NCBI GenBank assembly: GCA_038885755.1
Contig: JAVZZH010000002.1
Coordinates: 192,505-256,504 of the forward strand
DNA: 64,000 nucleotides
Origin: Candidatus Caldarchaeum sp.
GTDB lineage: Archaea > Thermoproteota > Nitrososphaeria_A > Caldarchaeales > Caldarchaeaceae
Direction of reading: 5' to 3'
The stretch's first letter is position 1. Every line of letters begins with the position of its first letter. The position numbers and the translations under genes are program-made. A model generated the notes under the pieces. That model saw only the letters and a program-made list of their open reading frames with translations. It did not search any database and was not told the origin of the DNA. Shown here piece by piece: positions 46,880 to 56,449 of the stretch.

Positions 46880-48010
46880 TTAAGGTGTTTTTTCAGGCGG
46901 CGGGGGAGGCGGCGGAGGCAGGGCTTGGAGTTGAGAGCGGTTCTCACGTACCCTGCGTGAGACAAACATCGAAGCCAGCGCAGTAGCCACCACAACCAGC
47001 ACAAACGCCTGAACGTAGGCTAGGTTTCTGTGGAGAGAGTTCTCACCGGTCAGCACAGCGTACTGAAGCTGAATGTCTCGGAGGGAAGCCCGGGCTGCCT
47101 CCAGCTCCGACTGCAGATAGCCTATCTGCTGCCTAGCCCCCTCGTGTCTTTCGGACAAGCTGTTGTACATAGCTTGGAGCTGCGTGAACGAGGCTTGGAG
47201 GGCTGTGAAATCACGCGTAAGGTTGCGGTAGTCGCTGAGGAGGCTTCGGTAGTTCTCGTTCAGGATTGTGTTCTCCTTCAACAGAGACTCGTAAAGCGTC
47301 TGGAGGGCCCTCAGGTCTCCCAGGACGTTGGTGTATCTTTCGTTCAGGGCCCTGTATTCGTTGGAAAGCGCTTCATACCTCGCTTCAAGCCTTCCATACT
47401 CCTTCCGGGCCTCGTCGAGGCTTGTCGAGAGACGGGCGTTCTCCCTCAGCAAATCCTCCAGACGAGACCTCAGCGACGAAACCTGGCTCTTGAGCTCCTC
47501 GACCATGCGGCTCAACGACGCCAGGCTTCTCTCAGCGTTAGCCAGATCGTTCACCAACTCCGGGTACGTCCTGTCCCTGACGACCGCGAGCATCCACTCA
47601 TGCGCCAAAGGCTCAAACACCATGCCACGGCTGTAGTTGACGAAGACCACCGCCGAAACAAGCGGGTCTCTCCTGACAGCAGACGGCACGCATACCGAGT
47701 AGGTCCTAGAAACCACGTCTCCCGAGCTGAACGACGTGAGGGCGTTGATTATCGTGTCGCTGAGGAGCGTGGTGCTCCCCGCCTCGCTTACGTAGACAAC
47801 CGTTAGCCTCAGCCTCTGAACGCTTACCGAGCTGAGGAACGTTGCCTGGAGGACGAGGGAGAAGCACGAGCCTGTCTTCACTTCAGCCGGGTAGGAGAGC
47901 GATATCTTTATCCGGCTGTTGTCGACTATCGAGGAGTAGCCGTCTGCATGAACGGTTGAGGGAATGAGCAGGACCGCCGCTAGGAGAATGGCTGCGGAAA
48001 GCTTCTTCAT
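46880..48010 (-). CDS. Secreted/membrane-anchored protein with Ig-like head and long coiled-coil stalk
   Basis: Signal peptide, beta-rich N-domain, Y/L heptads, C-terminal TM, poly-Pro tail. Confidence 0.75.
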   Translation of the reverse strand: MKKLSAAILLAAVLLIPSTVHADGYSSIVDNSRIKISLSYPAEVKTGSCFSLVLQATFLSSVSVQRLRLTVVYVSEAGSTTLLSDTIINALTSFSSGDVVSRTYSVCVPSAVRRDPLVSAVVFVNYSRGMVFEPLAHEWMLAVVRDRTYPELVNDLANAERSLASLSRMVEELKSQVSSLRSRLEDLLRENARLSTSLDEARKEYGRLEARYEALSNEYRALNERYTNVLGDLRALQTLYESLLKENTILNENYRSLLSDYRNLTRDFTALQASFTQLQAMYNSLSERHEGARQQIGYLQSELEAARASLRDIQLQYAVLTGENSLHRNLAYVQAFVLVVVATALASMFVSRRVRENRSQLQALPPPPPPPPEKTP

Positions 48011-48076
48011 GGGAAGTAATCGTTTTTCCGGTGTATATAAGCAATAAATAATTAGACGGCTTCAAACAAATTACGC

Positions 48077-48898
48077 ATGCTCAGCGTCAGAACAATCCTC
48101 GACGAAATGCTGAAGCTGGACTACGGCCGGACCGCTGAAAGGGTGGAGCGTTTTATTTCGTCTGTCGTGGAGTCGTCCGGAGCTTCTGGAGTTGTTGTCG
48201 GCTTGAGCGGAGGGGTTGACTCGTCGGCTGTAGCGGTTCTCTGCACTAGGGCCCTCTCCGAGAAGAGGGTGTTGGGGCTAATCATGCCTGCGGAGTTCAC
48301 CCCCGCCCAAGACGTTGAGGACGCTGAGCTGCTTGCGGAGAAGCTCGGCATAAACACAGCAACCATTCCGATATCATCCATAGTCAACAGCTTCAAGACG
48401 CAGCTGGGCGTTTACGCCTCCGACCCTTTTAAAATGCCTCTGGCCAACCTCAGAGCACGCATACGCATGGCTGTCCTCTACTTCTACGCCAACAAGCAAA
48501 ACCTCCTCGTCGCTGGAACCGGGGACCGGAGCGAGCTACTCCTCGGCTACTACACCAAGTACGGCGACGCTGGAGTTGATTTCATGCCCGTCGCAGGAAT
48601 TTACAAGACACAGCTCCGCCACCTTTCAAAGCATCTCGGCGTCCCGGAACACATAGCCTTCAAGCCCAGCAGCCCCCAGCTCTACCCGGGCCATAGAGCG
48701 GTCGACGAGCTTCCCGCCGACTACGACGTTCTAGACCCTATCCTCTACGCCCTATTCGACAAGTCTCTCACGGCGGAGCAGGTCGCTACGCTCGGGTTTG
48801 ACGCAGGGTTGGTTCAGGAGGTGCTGTCTAGGTTTGAGAGGAGTAGGCATAAAAGGGAGGCTCCGCCCGTAGGACCCAGGCCTGTCCCGCTCGTGTAA
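48077..48898 (+). CDS. nadE: NH3-dependent NAD+ synthetase
   Basis: GLSGGVDS, NLRARIRM, SE...GYYTKYGD. Confidence 0.95.
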   Translation: MLSVRTILDEMLKLDYGRTAERVERFISSVVESSGASGVVVGLSGGVDSSAVAVLCTRALSEKRVLGLIMPAEFTPAQDVEDAELLAEKLGINTATIPISSIVNSFKTQLGVYASDPFKMPLANLRARIRMAVLYFYANKQNLLVAGTGDRSELLLGYYTKYGDAGVDFMPVAGIYKTQLRHLSKHLGVPEHIAFKPSSPQLYPGHRAVDELPADYDVLDPILYALFDKSLTAEQVATLGFDAGLVQEVLSRFERSRHKREAPPVGPRPVPLV

Positions 48899-48929
48899 AC
48901 ATATTAGCATGGCCAGCCCTCTGTAGACG

Positions 48930-49295
48930 ATGTCTTCCGACGACGACTACATCAAACGCATGTCCGACGCCCTCCGCTCGGGAGCCAAGATGCTCTCCGA
49001 GATCTGCCCCGTCTGCAACAGCCCCCTCTTCGAGGTTAGGAACGAACTCCGATGCATCCGCTGCGACAAACCCGTGGTGAGAGTTCACGAAGATTCAGAG
49101 GTGTTGGCCGCGTCGACTCCGCTGGCTCTGTCTAGGCTTGAGAACGCCTTGTCGTCGAAGATCGACCTGCTCACCACCCTCCTAATGCGGGCTTCAGACC
49201 CGGAGGAGATACGCATCCTCTCCGAGTCCCTGTCAAGCCTTTTGAAGCTGTTTCACGAAAGCCGCCGGCTTGCGGAGACGCTTCGGAGAGAGTAG
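48930..49295 (+). CDS. UPF0148 / Sjogren autoantigen p27-like Zn-ribbon protein
   Basis: LRSGAKML..CPVC.SPLF.....CIRC. Confidence 0.85.
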   Translation: MSSDDDYIKRMSDALRSGAKMLSEICPVCNSPLFEVRNELRCIRCDKPVVRVHEDSEVLAASTPLALSRLENALSSKIDLLTTLLMRASDPEEIRILSESLSSLLKLFHESRRLAETLRRE

Positions 49296-49573
49296 GACTC
49301 GAGGCACTACTTCAGGATTTTTTCCATACGCTTCACAGTATTACTTGAAGATGGATGTGGGTGTTTTTGTGAAGCTTGTGAAGGGGTTTTTGGCCTTCTA
49401 CACTACTCATTCCTTGATAATCATAGGAACTAGGATATGATAGTTTCTAACTTTTAAGCGTACAATCTATCAACGCCACGTAAGAACCCAATCTAGGCTG
49501 ACGGTTTTTCCCGCTTCACACGCTACACACATGCCTGATTGTTCCCATCTCGTCACGCGCCGGGTTTGCGGTT

Positions 49574-49762
49574 TCCACAGGAAACGAAGGGGTTGTGTGG
49601 CTGACCGACAGGCGAAGAAACTACAGCAAGCTTTTTCAGGCCGAATGGGATGGGGAAGCTGAATTTCTGTCTTTACCGCTCCTACTGGGTTTCACGCCTG
49701 TGAAGGGGGGAATCGTTTGGCTGGGCTTGGCTGGAAACCCTCACCCCTTCGTTTCCGCTGGA
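49574..49762. promoter_or_regulatory. Probable replication origin: two inverted ORB elements (49574-49592 +, 49744-49762 -)
   Basis: TCCACAGGAAACGAAGGGG and (reverse complement) TCCAGCGGAAACGAAGGGG, 17/19 identical. Both match the ORB pattern TCCA.TGGAAA...GGGG and lie in a ~650-bp intergenic region upstream of cdc6. Confidence 0.85.
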
Positions 49763-49953
49763 GAACGCCTTTCAACAGAAGAGGAGGCATGCAGCAGTTT
49801 CTCTCAACAAAAACCTTGAAAATTGTTTACTTTTTTGTAGTTTACTCTCTTTATAGCCTAGCCGTAGAGACCTTACGGGGAATAACGGTGGTTGAAACAA
49901 CAAAAACATTCACTAAAAGGAATGAACATTCTGTTCAGCTGAAACCGAGGGGT

Positions 49954-51162
49954 GTGGGTGAAGACCCTCTTGCTGACATCTTGGAGCGGTATGGCGGACA
50001 AAGCAGCCCCATAATCATCGACCACAGCCTTCTACGCTCCGACTACGTTCCAAAATCTCTTCCCCACAGGGTTAACCAAATCAGAGCCGTTGGCCATGTC
50101 TTGGCCTCTGTTCTAAGGTCTATCAAGCCCTCCAACCTCTTTCTTTACGGCAAAACCGGTACGGGTAAGACCGCTGTCTGCAAGTATGTGGTTAACAGGC
50201 TTGAGGCCGAGGTTTCGGAGAGGAAGGTCAACACCCGGTTTGTTTACGTCAACTGTAGGCTGGCTGGAACGGAGTACAGGGTTTTGGCCGACCTCTGCAC
50301 CGCCGCAGGAATTTCCGTGCCTTTCACAGGCTTGTCCAAGGGCGAGCTGTTCAGAAGGTTTCAAACAGCATCAGCCCAGCTTAACTACTCCTTCGTGGTT
50401 GTTCTGGACGAAGTCGACGTGCTTGTAAAGGATTTTGGAGATGACTTGCTGTACGAGCTTACACGCTCAACCTCGGGACCGGGATGGGTTTCGCTGGTAG
50501 GCATCTCGAACGACCTTATGTTCAAGGAGCAGCTTGACCCGAGGGTTTTGAGCAGCCTGAGCGAGGAGGAGATAGTTTTCCAGCCTTACACAGCTACGGA
50601 GCTGGCTGACATTCTCTCCGAGAGGGCTGAGCTAGCGTTGAGGCCGGGCAGCGTGGGAAGCGACGTTATTGGGTTGTGCGCGGCCATGGCTGCGGCTGAG
50701 CACGGGGATGCGAGGAGGGCCCTCGACCTCCTTAGGGTTTCCGCTGAGGTGGCTGAGAGAGAAGGAGCTGAGAGGGTTGAGGAGCATCATGTCAGGAAGG
50801 CTCAGCTACTCATCGAGAGAGGCCGGGTGAAGGAGGTTGTCTCCTCCCTACCACTGCACAGCCGTCTCGTGCTCCTAGCTGTCTATCTCTCCTCCCGGAA
50901 AGGCTTGGAGACGACCTCTGGAACGGTTTACGGCATGTATCGTGAGTTCTGCGGGTCTTTGGGGTTGGAGCCGTTGACCGACCGGCGTGTGAGCACGCTG
51001 GTGTCGGAGCTGGACATGCTGGGAATAGTTGCCTGCGAGCTGGTGAGCTATGGCCGGCACGGTAGAACGAGGAAGCTGAAGCCGACCATTTCATTCAACG
51101 AGGTCGCTGAAATACTGCGCAACGACGAGGCTCTAGCTGCTTTCCTCGAGGACTTCTCTTGA
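49954..51162 (+). CDS. cdc6: Orc1/Cdc6 replication initiator
   Basis: LPHR..QI, GKTGTGKT, VLDEVD, PY...L..IL..R, GDARRALDLLR, wH domain GRHGRT. Start at GTG 49954. Confidence 0.95.
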   Translation: MGEDPLADILERYGGQSSPIIIDHSLLRSDYVPKSLPHRVNQIRAVGHVLASVLRSIKPSNLFLYGKTGTGKTAVCKYVVNRLEAEVSERKVNTRFVYVNCRLAGTEYRVLADLCTAAGISVPFTGLSKGELFRRFQTASAQLNYSFVVVLDEVDVLVKDFGDDLLYELTRSTSGPGWVSLVGISNDLMFKEQLDPRVLSSLSEEEIVFQPYTATELADILSERAELALRPGSVGSDVIGLCAAMAAAEHGDARRALDLLRVSAEVAEREGAERVEEHHVRKAQLLIERGRVKEVVSSLPLHSRLVLLAVYLSSRKGLETTSGTVYGMYREFCGSLGLEPLTDRRVSTLVSELDMLGIVACELVSYGRHGRTRKLKPTISFNEVAEILRNDEALAAFLEDFS

Positions 51163-51786
51163 AAGCCTGTCCGCTATCCTCAAAGGCTCAGGATACGTGT
51201 CGCCGAAAAGCTCTGAAACACGCAGCAAGTCGTTGAACGAGACGCCGAACCCCTGACTGTAGTATGCAGGGCCCCTACGCAAGCCTAACACCTCTCCCGC
51301 TTCAACGATCTTCGAATAGTTTTCATCCGGCTGCAGCTCGCCGACTAGAAGAGACTTCGCAACACCTATCGATGGAACTCCTGCCACGAACCCTAGCAGC
51401 GTGGCCAGCCCGCACCTGCGTGGATGAGCCCTGCCGTGCCCGTCAACAAGCAAAACATCAAAACCCACCCCGACTGATGACAGAAGGTCTAGCAGGGACG
51501 GGCCTTCACGCAGAAACAGAAACCCGGGAATGTAGGGAGCAGGCTGTTCTGCGTAGGTTTTCACAACCCGCTCGACAACTTTAGAGTCTTTCAAGCTGTA
51601 AACAACAGCCGCCGCCCCGCATCTCTCCCCAGAGTAGGCCAAGTCCACGCCGCATACTCTCTCGACGCTAACGAGCCTGTCCTCGCTTGGATAGGCTATC
51701 CGAGCCACGGCTGTCTGGAGCGCTGCGAAGAACTGGAGGCTTGTTTTGGAGAACGACGAGCTGGTCAACCGTTTCCTCCGTCTCAC
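51133..51786 (-). CDS. nfi: Endonuclease V
   Basis: GVDLAY, PYIPGFLFLRE, VDGHGRAHPRRCGLA, SIGVAKS, PEPLRIAD. Start uncertain. Confidence 0.92.
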   Translation of the reverse strand: MRRRKRLTSSSFSKTSLQFFAALQTAVARIAYPSEDRLVSVERVCGVDLAYSGERCGAAAVVYSLKDSKVVERVVKTYAEQPAPYIPGFLFLREGPSLLDLLSSVGVGFDVLLVDGHGRAHPRRCGLATLLGFVAGVPSIGVAKSLLVGELQPDENYSKIVEAGEVLGLRRGPAYYSQGFGVSFNDLLRVSELFGDTYPEPLRIADRLSREVLEESS

Positions 51787-52225
51787 AGACTTCCGTCTCC
51801 AGTCTAGGGCTTAAGCGTTTATGCTGAGTGATGACGACGAATCGAGTGCTTACACGAAGAGCCTCGTCTAGGAAACGCCGCGCGTCGAGATGATGTATGA
51901 CCGTGAAGGAGTAGACATGCGTGAAGATGCTTTCTCTGAACGGGAGATGGTTGGCGTCGGCCATGACTAGGTGCGACAGCGTGTCCAGCTTTTCAACAGC
52001 CTTCCGCAGCATACCCTGAGAAATATCAACGCCGACGTATTCGCAGAAGCAACCACAATCTCTCAGATAACGTAGGAAGAGGCCCGTTCCGCATCCAGCA
52101 TCCAGAACCCTCGAAGCCTCGTCAGGCCTCACTCTATCAACAGCCGCCCGATACTTGCTTCTCTGCTCCCCGCCGTACAGCTCGTCATAACATTCGCTGA
52201 GGACGTCGTAGTCCAGAAACGCCAC
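51668..52225 (-). CDS. Class I SAM-dependent methyltransferase
   Basis: YDELYGGEQ..KY, VLDAGCGTG, GVDIS..ML, ADA..LPF. Confidence 0.88.
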   Translation of the reverse strand: MAFLDYDVLSECYDELYGGEQRSKYRAAVDRVRPDEASRVLDAGCGTGLFLRYLRDCGCFCEYVGVDISQGMLRKAVEKLDTLSHLVMADANHLPFRESIFTHVYSFTVIHHLDARRFLDEALRVSTRFVVITQHKRLSPRLETEVCETEETVDQLVVLQNKPPVLRSAPDSRGSDSLSKRGQAR

Positions 52226-52265
52226 GTCGAGACTTTTGATTACAAGTTAAAAAGCATGGCGGTGC

Positions 52266-52955
52266 TTGTGTTTACGGAGGACTTTGCGAGATGTTGTCTA
52301 CTCGGAGTCTCGCTGGAGGTTGTTGAAAACTCTCCGTGCACGGGCCTTGAGTGTAATGACTCACTTGGAGCGCCATGGTTTTCACGGGCTTGTCTACGGG
52401 AGTGTGGCGAGGGGCGACGTAAGCCCGTCCAGCGACGTCGAGGTGTTTATCCCGCAGGTGGTGCCGCTGCAGCTTCTCGAATACACGGTCTCGCTGCTGC
52501 AAAGGGTTGAGCGGAGGGTTCTGGTCCAAGCCACGCCGTACTACGCCGCCAAGGCTTACCTATACTTAAACGAAAGGGACACGGTCTCGGCGCCGATGGT
52601 TCCGCTCAACAGGGACGAGGAGGGGTTCTACGTCTTGGCTGGAAGCCTCACGCTCGACGAGCTTAGGAGAGACGTTAGGAAACCCGGCATCAACAAGGCC
52701 TTAAACCTAATCATTCCAACCGACGAAGGCCACGTCGAAAAGCCTCTGATGGAGAACTTCCACGAAGCTGTTAAGGTGCTGAACGTTAGCCCGGACATCC
52801 TGACGAGCCGTGTGAAAGTGCTTCTGCGGAGGAGGGAGAAGGGGAGGACGGGTGTTTTTCAGAGCGTTGAGCTGGGCGAGGACTTGAGCTTCGAGGAGGC
52901 CTTCCGGATGCTTCTAGCCAAGAGCGCCAGGCTTAGGAAGCGGGCTAGAGCTTGA
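52266..52955 (+). CDS. Pol-beta-like nucleotidyltransferase domain protein
   Basis: YGSVARGDV...SDVE, QATP, R..RRR..GRTGVF. Confidence 0.85.
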   Translation: MCLRRTLRDVVYSESRWRLLKTLRARALSVMTHLERHGFHGLVYGSVARGDVSPSSDVEVFIPQVVPLQLLEYTVSLLQRVERRVLVQATPYYAAKAYLYLNERDTVSAPMVPLNRDEEGFYVLAGSLTLDELRRDVRKPGINKALNLIIPTDEGHVEKPLMENFHEAVKVLNVSPDILTSRVKVLLRRREKGRTGVFQSVELGEDLSFEEAFRMLLAKSARLRKRARA

Positions 52956-53865
52956 GCTGGGAAACCGCCTCCCTCAGAACCTTAACGCTTTCCCTGAACT
53001 TCTTCAGCTCGTCCTCGGACAAAGCCAGCTCGATTATCTTCTCGACGCCGCCGGCTCCCAGCACACATGGAACGACAGCGTAGATGTCCCGCTCGCCATA
53101 CTGGCCTTCGAGATAGGCTGACGTAGGTATAACGGCTTTCTCGTCCTTTACAATAGCCGAGACCATCAGAGCTACTCCGGCGCCAGGGGCGTGATGTGCC
53201 GACCAGCCCTTGAGCTTGATGACTTCGGCGCCCGCCTTACGCGTCGCCTCGATGCTGTCCGCTATCGTCTTCTCGTCCATGAACCTGTTGAGAGGCTCGA
53301 CCCCTACGTAGGTGCGGCTGGGCAGTAGAACCATGCTGTCGCCGTGTTCTCCGAGGACCATGCTGCGGATAGACTTGTAGCTGACCCCGAGCCTGCTGCG
53401 TAGAATATACCTGAACCTGCCGACGTCCAGCAAACCGCTGAACCCCATTACTCGACGGCTTTCAAAACCTGTAGCCCTGTAAGCCAGGTACGTCATGACG
53501 TCCAGCGGGTTCGTCACGACTATGACTTTGGATTTAGGAGCATACTCCCTGACCTGTTTGGAGATCCCTGAGATGATCTCGGAGTTTTTGTGCAGCAGGT
53601 CGAGCCTTGTCATGTCGGGCTTGCGGACGAGGCCGGCCGTGATGACCACCACGTCCGACCCAGCCATGTCCCTGTAGTCGTTCGACCCCTTGACGTCGAC
53701 GTCCAAGTCGAGGATTGAGCATGCGTGGTTGAGGTCCAGCGCCTCGCCCTGAGGAAGGCCTTGAACGATGTCGATCAGCACGATGTCCCCGACCTCTTTC
53801 ATGGCTATTTGCAGGGCGGCGGATGTTCCTACTCTCCCGGAGCCGACCACCGTGATTAATGTCAT
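52945..53865 (-). CDS. mdh: Malate dehydrogenase (LDH-like)
   Basis: GSGRVG, RKPDMTRLDL, TNPLD, GEHGD; lies in an operon with sucCD. Confidence 0.93.
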   Translation of the reverse strand: MTLITVVGSGRVGTSAALQIAMKEVGDIVLIDIVQGLPQGEALDLNHACSILDLDVDVKGSNDYRDMAGSDVVVITAGLVRKPDMTRLDLLHKNSEIISGISKQVREYAPKSKVIVVTNPLDVMTYLAYRATGFESRRVMGFSGLLDVGRFRYILRSRLGVSYKSIRSMVLGEHGDSMVLLPSRTYVGVEPLNRFMDEKTIADSIEATRKAGAEVIKLKGWSAHHAPGAGVALMVSAIVKDEKAVIPTSAYLEGQYGERDIYAVVPCVLGAGGVEKIIELALSEDELKKFRESVKVLREAVSQLKL

Positions 53866-53904
53866 GGTTTACTGCGGTGCTGGGTTCATAAATAGATGAG
53901 CCTG

Positions 53905-54774
53905 TCAGGCTGTCGGTCCCCTTAAATAGCCGACCAACCCCATCGACGACATCTTCACCAGGTTCCGCACGTAGACCGGCAGAGGCCCTCCATACTCCCG
54001 CTCCAGCCTCTCCTCGAACGTCTGCACAAGCCTCGGAAGCCCTCCGCCGCTCCTCAATACATCCCTAGCCGTCTCAACCCACTCAGCCACGGTTTCAACC
54101 AGCCGCTCAACCCAGTCCTCGCCCGCCGGCGTTGCTCCGAAATGAGGCGTCAGGAAGGTTTTGGCGCCCGTTTTACCTATGCGCCTGAGGCTCTGGACAT
54201 ACTGGTCGTAGTCGAAGCTGGGTGGAGGAGTAGTGGGTATGATGTAGGGTTTGTCGGGATACTTGGCTGGAACTGCGTCTGCCGTGATGAGGCTGCCGTC
54301 GCTGACTAGGACAGACATCTGGTGAGGGGCGTGGCCCGGCGTGTAGATGAACACTAGGTCGACGTCTCCGAGGCTGAGGGCCTCGCCGTCGCCCGCCTTG
54401 AAGACACGGGTCTCGTCTATCGGCTTGACCTCGCCGAAAAGCTTCACGAACTCCTCTCCGTAAAACTCCCTAACGCTGTTCATCAGGCGTGAGGGGTCGA
54501 CGAGGTGTTTGACCGCTTTTTCCTGAGCCAATACCACGGCATCTGGAAACTTCTCGGCCAGCTTCCAAGCGGCTCCGGCGTGGTCGAGATGGACGTGTGT
54601 CGGTATGATGTAGTCCAGCCTCTTAACGCCTAGCTGCTTGAGCGTGTTGATTACTTTTTCACCGCTGGATGAGTAGCCCGTGTCTACGATCGCTGTCCTC
54701 CCAGCCTTGACCAAGTAGCATGCGACTATCTTGTCGAAACCCAGCGCCCCCGTGTCTATGGTGTAGACAGTCAA
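53905..54774 (-). CDS. MBL-fold metallo-hydrolase
   Basis: THVHLDHAG, TPGHAPH, HFG. Confidence 0.9.
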   Translation of the reverse strand: MTVYTIDTGALGFDKIVACYLVKAGRTAIVDTGYSSSGEKVINTLKQLGVKRLDYIIPTHVHLDHAGAAWKLAEKFPDAVVLAQEKAVKHLVDPSRLMNSVREFYGEEFVKLFGEVKPIDETRVFKAGDGEALSLGDVDLVFIYTPGHAPHQMSVLVSDGSLITADAVPAKYPDKPYIIPTTPPPSFDYDQYVQSLRRIGKTGAKTFLTPHFGATPAGEDWVERLVETVAEWVETARDVLRSGGGLPRLVQTFEERLEREYGGPLPVYVRNLVKMSSMGLVGYLRGPTA

Positions 54775-54778
54775 CTCA

Positions 54779-55567
54779 TCACCCTAAGCTGATTATCTCC
54801 ACATCCCCGCCCACTAGTAGGGCTGCCTTGGGAGGGACCGAGTAGAAGCGGCATGAGAATATGGTTAAAAGCCTACGGTTAAACATGTACCTGTATCCTT
54901 GCGGCATGGGCTCGTGAGACCTCACCACCAGCGTCAAACGGTTTCTGTCGATGAACTCTGAAAAAACATCCTCTCCAAAATACCGCGCTCTTCCGCCTCT
55001 TGCGCTCTCGGCGAAGCCTCTCAACCCCTCCCTCGGGTCGTTCCACAGCAGCTGCATCGTCAGCGGGTCTTCAGGGTCGTCCATCCCGCGTGGAAGCCCC
55101 TCCAGCTGGCTGACGTCCTTCAACCCCTCAGGCAAGCCTCCGTGAAAACCCAGCACCCGTCCTCCATGAAATAAAGCGTAGGGCATCATCGTAAACGCTT
55201 TGAGGAAGGCTCTGTACGTCTTCATCCCGTATCTCTTGACGACGGTTTCGAGGAAGCCGTAATAGGTGTTCATAGTAAGGGTTTCATGGTTGCCTCTCAG
55301 CAGTATGCATGTGGAGGGGCTCGCGACCTTCCTCTCGAACAAGAGAGTTATGTTCTCTGTCTGGTAGGGTCCTCTGTCAACATAGTCGCCGAGGAAAGCC
55401 ACCGCAGCGCCCAGCCTGTCAGCCTGCTTCAACGCTTTCTCAGAAGACTCCACGTCGCCGTGAGTGTCGCCGACCACCAGTAGAGAACTATGCTGGGATT
55501 TGATGAGCGGGGGTTCTCTACGGAAAACCTCCTCAGCCTCCTCCGCTAGCGAGACATACTTGTCCAA
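54779..55567 (-). CDS. PPP-family Ser/Thr protein phosphatase
   Basis: GDTHG, GDYVDRG, LRGNHE, HGG, LLWNDP, RSHE. Confidence 0.92.
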   Translation of the reverse strand: MDKYVSLAEEAEEVFRREPPLIKSQHSSLLVVGDTHGDVESSEKALKQADRLGAAVAFLGDYVDRGPYQTENITLLFERKVASPSTCILLRGNHETLTMNTYYGFLETVVKRYGMKTYRAFLKAFTMMPYALFHGGRVLGFHGGLPEGLKDVSQLEGLPRGMDDPEDPLTMQLLWNDPREGLRGFAESARGGRARYFGEDVFSEFIDRNRLTLVVRSHEPMPQGYRYMFNRRLLTIFSCRFYSVPPKAALLVGGDVEIISLG

Positions 55568-55570
55568 GAC

Positions 55571-56449
55571 CTACACCGTTCTCAACAACCTCACCACCTC
55601 GCTGGGCGTCGACGCAACAGGAACACCCGCCTTCTCGAGAGCCCTGATCTTGCTCTCCGGGTCGCCGGCGCCCAGCGATATTATCGCCCCAGCGTGCCCC
55701 ATCCTCTTCTCAGGCGGGGCGGTTCTCCCAGCTATGTAGGCGACGACAGGCTTAGGGTAGCTAGTCTCCCTGATGTACTCAGAGGCCCTCTCCTCCAAGT
55801 CTCCCCCAATCTCCCCGATCAGCACAACAGACTCCGTCTCGGGGTCTCGGCGAAACATCTCCAGAACGTCTATGAAGTTAAGCCCAACGACAGGGTCTCC
55901 GCCTATTCCGACGCAGGTTGACTGGCCCATGCCTGCCGCGGTGATGGCGTAGGCGATCTCGTAGGTGAGCGTACCGCTCCTCGATACGATGCCGACTCTC
56001 CCTCGTTTGAAGATGTGGCCTGGCATTATCCCTACTTTCGCTGCTTCTGGCGTTATGACTCCGGGGCAGTTGGGGCCGATGATGTACGCGTTCCTGTAGG
56101 ATGCGTATCTGATGAACTTCATGGCGTCGTGCACGGGCACGTGCTCCGTTATCACCACGACAAGCTTGACCCCCGCCTCGAGGGATTCTATGACGGCGTC
56201 TGCTGCGAAGGCCGCTGGAACCATCACCAGAGAAGTGTTTATCTGACGATGCATGTCGACAGCTTCTTCAACGCTGTCGTAGACAGGCACGCCCTCGACA
56301 ACCTGACCGCCCTTGCCCGGAGTGACTCCCGCCACGACTTTCGTGCCGTATTTAATCATCGCCCGTGTGTGAAACAACCCCTGCCTGCCGGTGACGCCCT
56401 GCACAAGCACGTGCGTGTTCTCGTCTACCAGTATGGCCAAATATATCAC
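55571..56449 (-). CDS. sucD: Succinyl-CoA synthetase alpha subunit
   Basis: GVTPGKGG, GPNCPG, SRSGTLTYE, MGHAGA. Confidence 0.96.
   Translation of the reverse strand: MIYLAILVDENTHVLVQGVTGRQGLFHTRAMIKYGTKVVAGVTPGKGGQVVEGVPVYDSVEEAVDMHRQINTSLVMVPAAFAADAVIESLEAGVKLVVVITEHVPVHDAMKFIRYASYRNAYIIGPNCPGVITPEAAKVGIMPGHIFKRGRVGIVSRSGTLTYEIAYAITAAGMGQSTCVGIGGDPVVGLNFIDVLEMFRRDPETESVVLIGEIGGDLEERASEYIRETSYPKPVVAYIAGRTAPPEKRMGHAGAIISLGAGDPESKIRALEKAGVPVASTPSEVVRLLRTV

Noticed and set aside
47030-47806. 258-aa antisense ORF (likewise 1505-2290, 6595-7398, 15024-15644, 33220-33849, 42649-43281)
   Set aside because: Shadow ORFs opposite or out of frame with well-supported genes in GC-rich DNA; no motifs.
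49717-49953. N-terminal extension of Cdc6 in the ORF track
   Set aside because: Overlaps an ORB and the AT-rich promoter region; Cdc6 similarity starts near GTG 49954.
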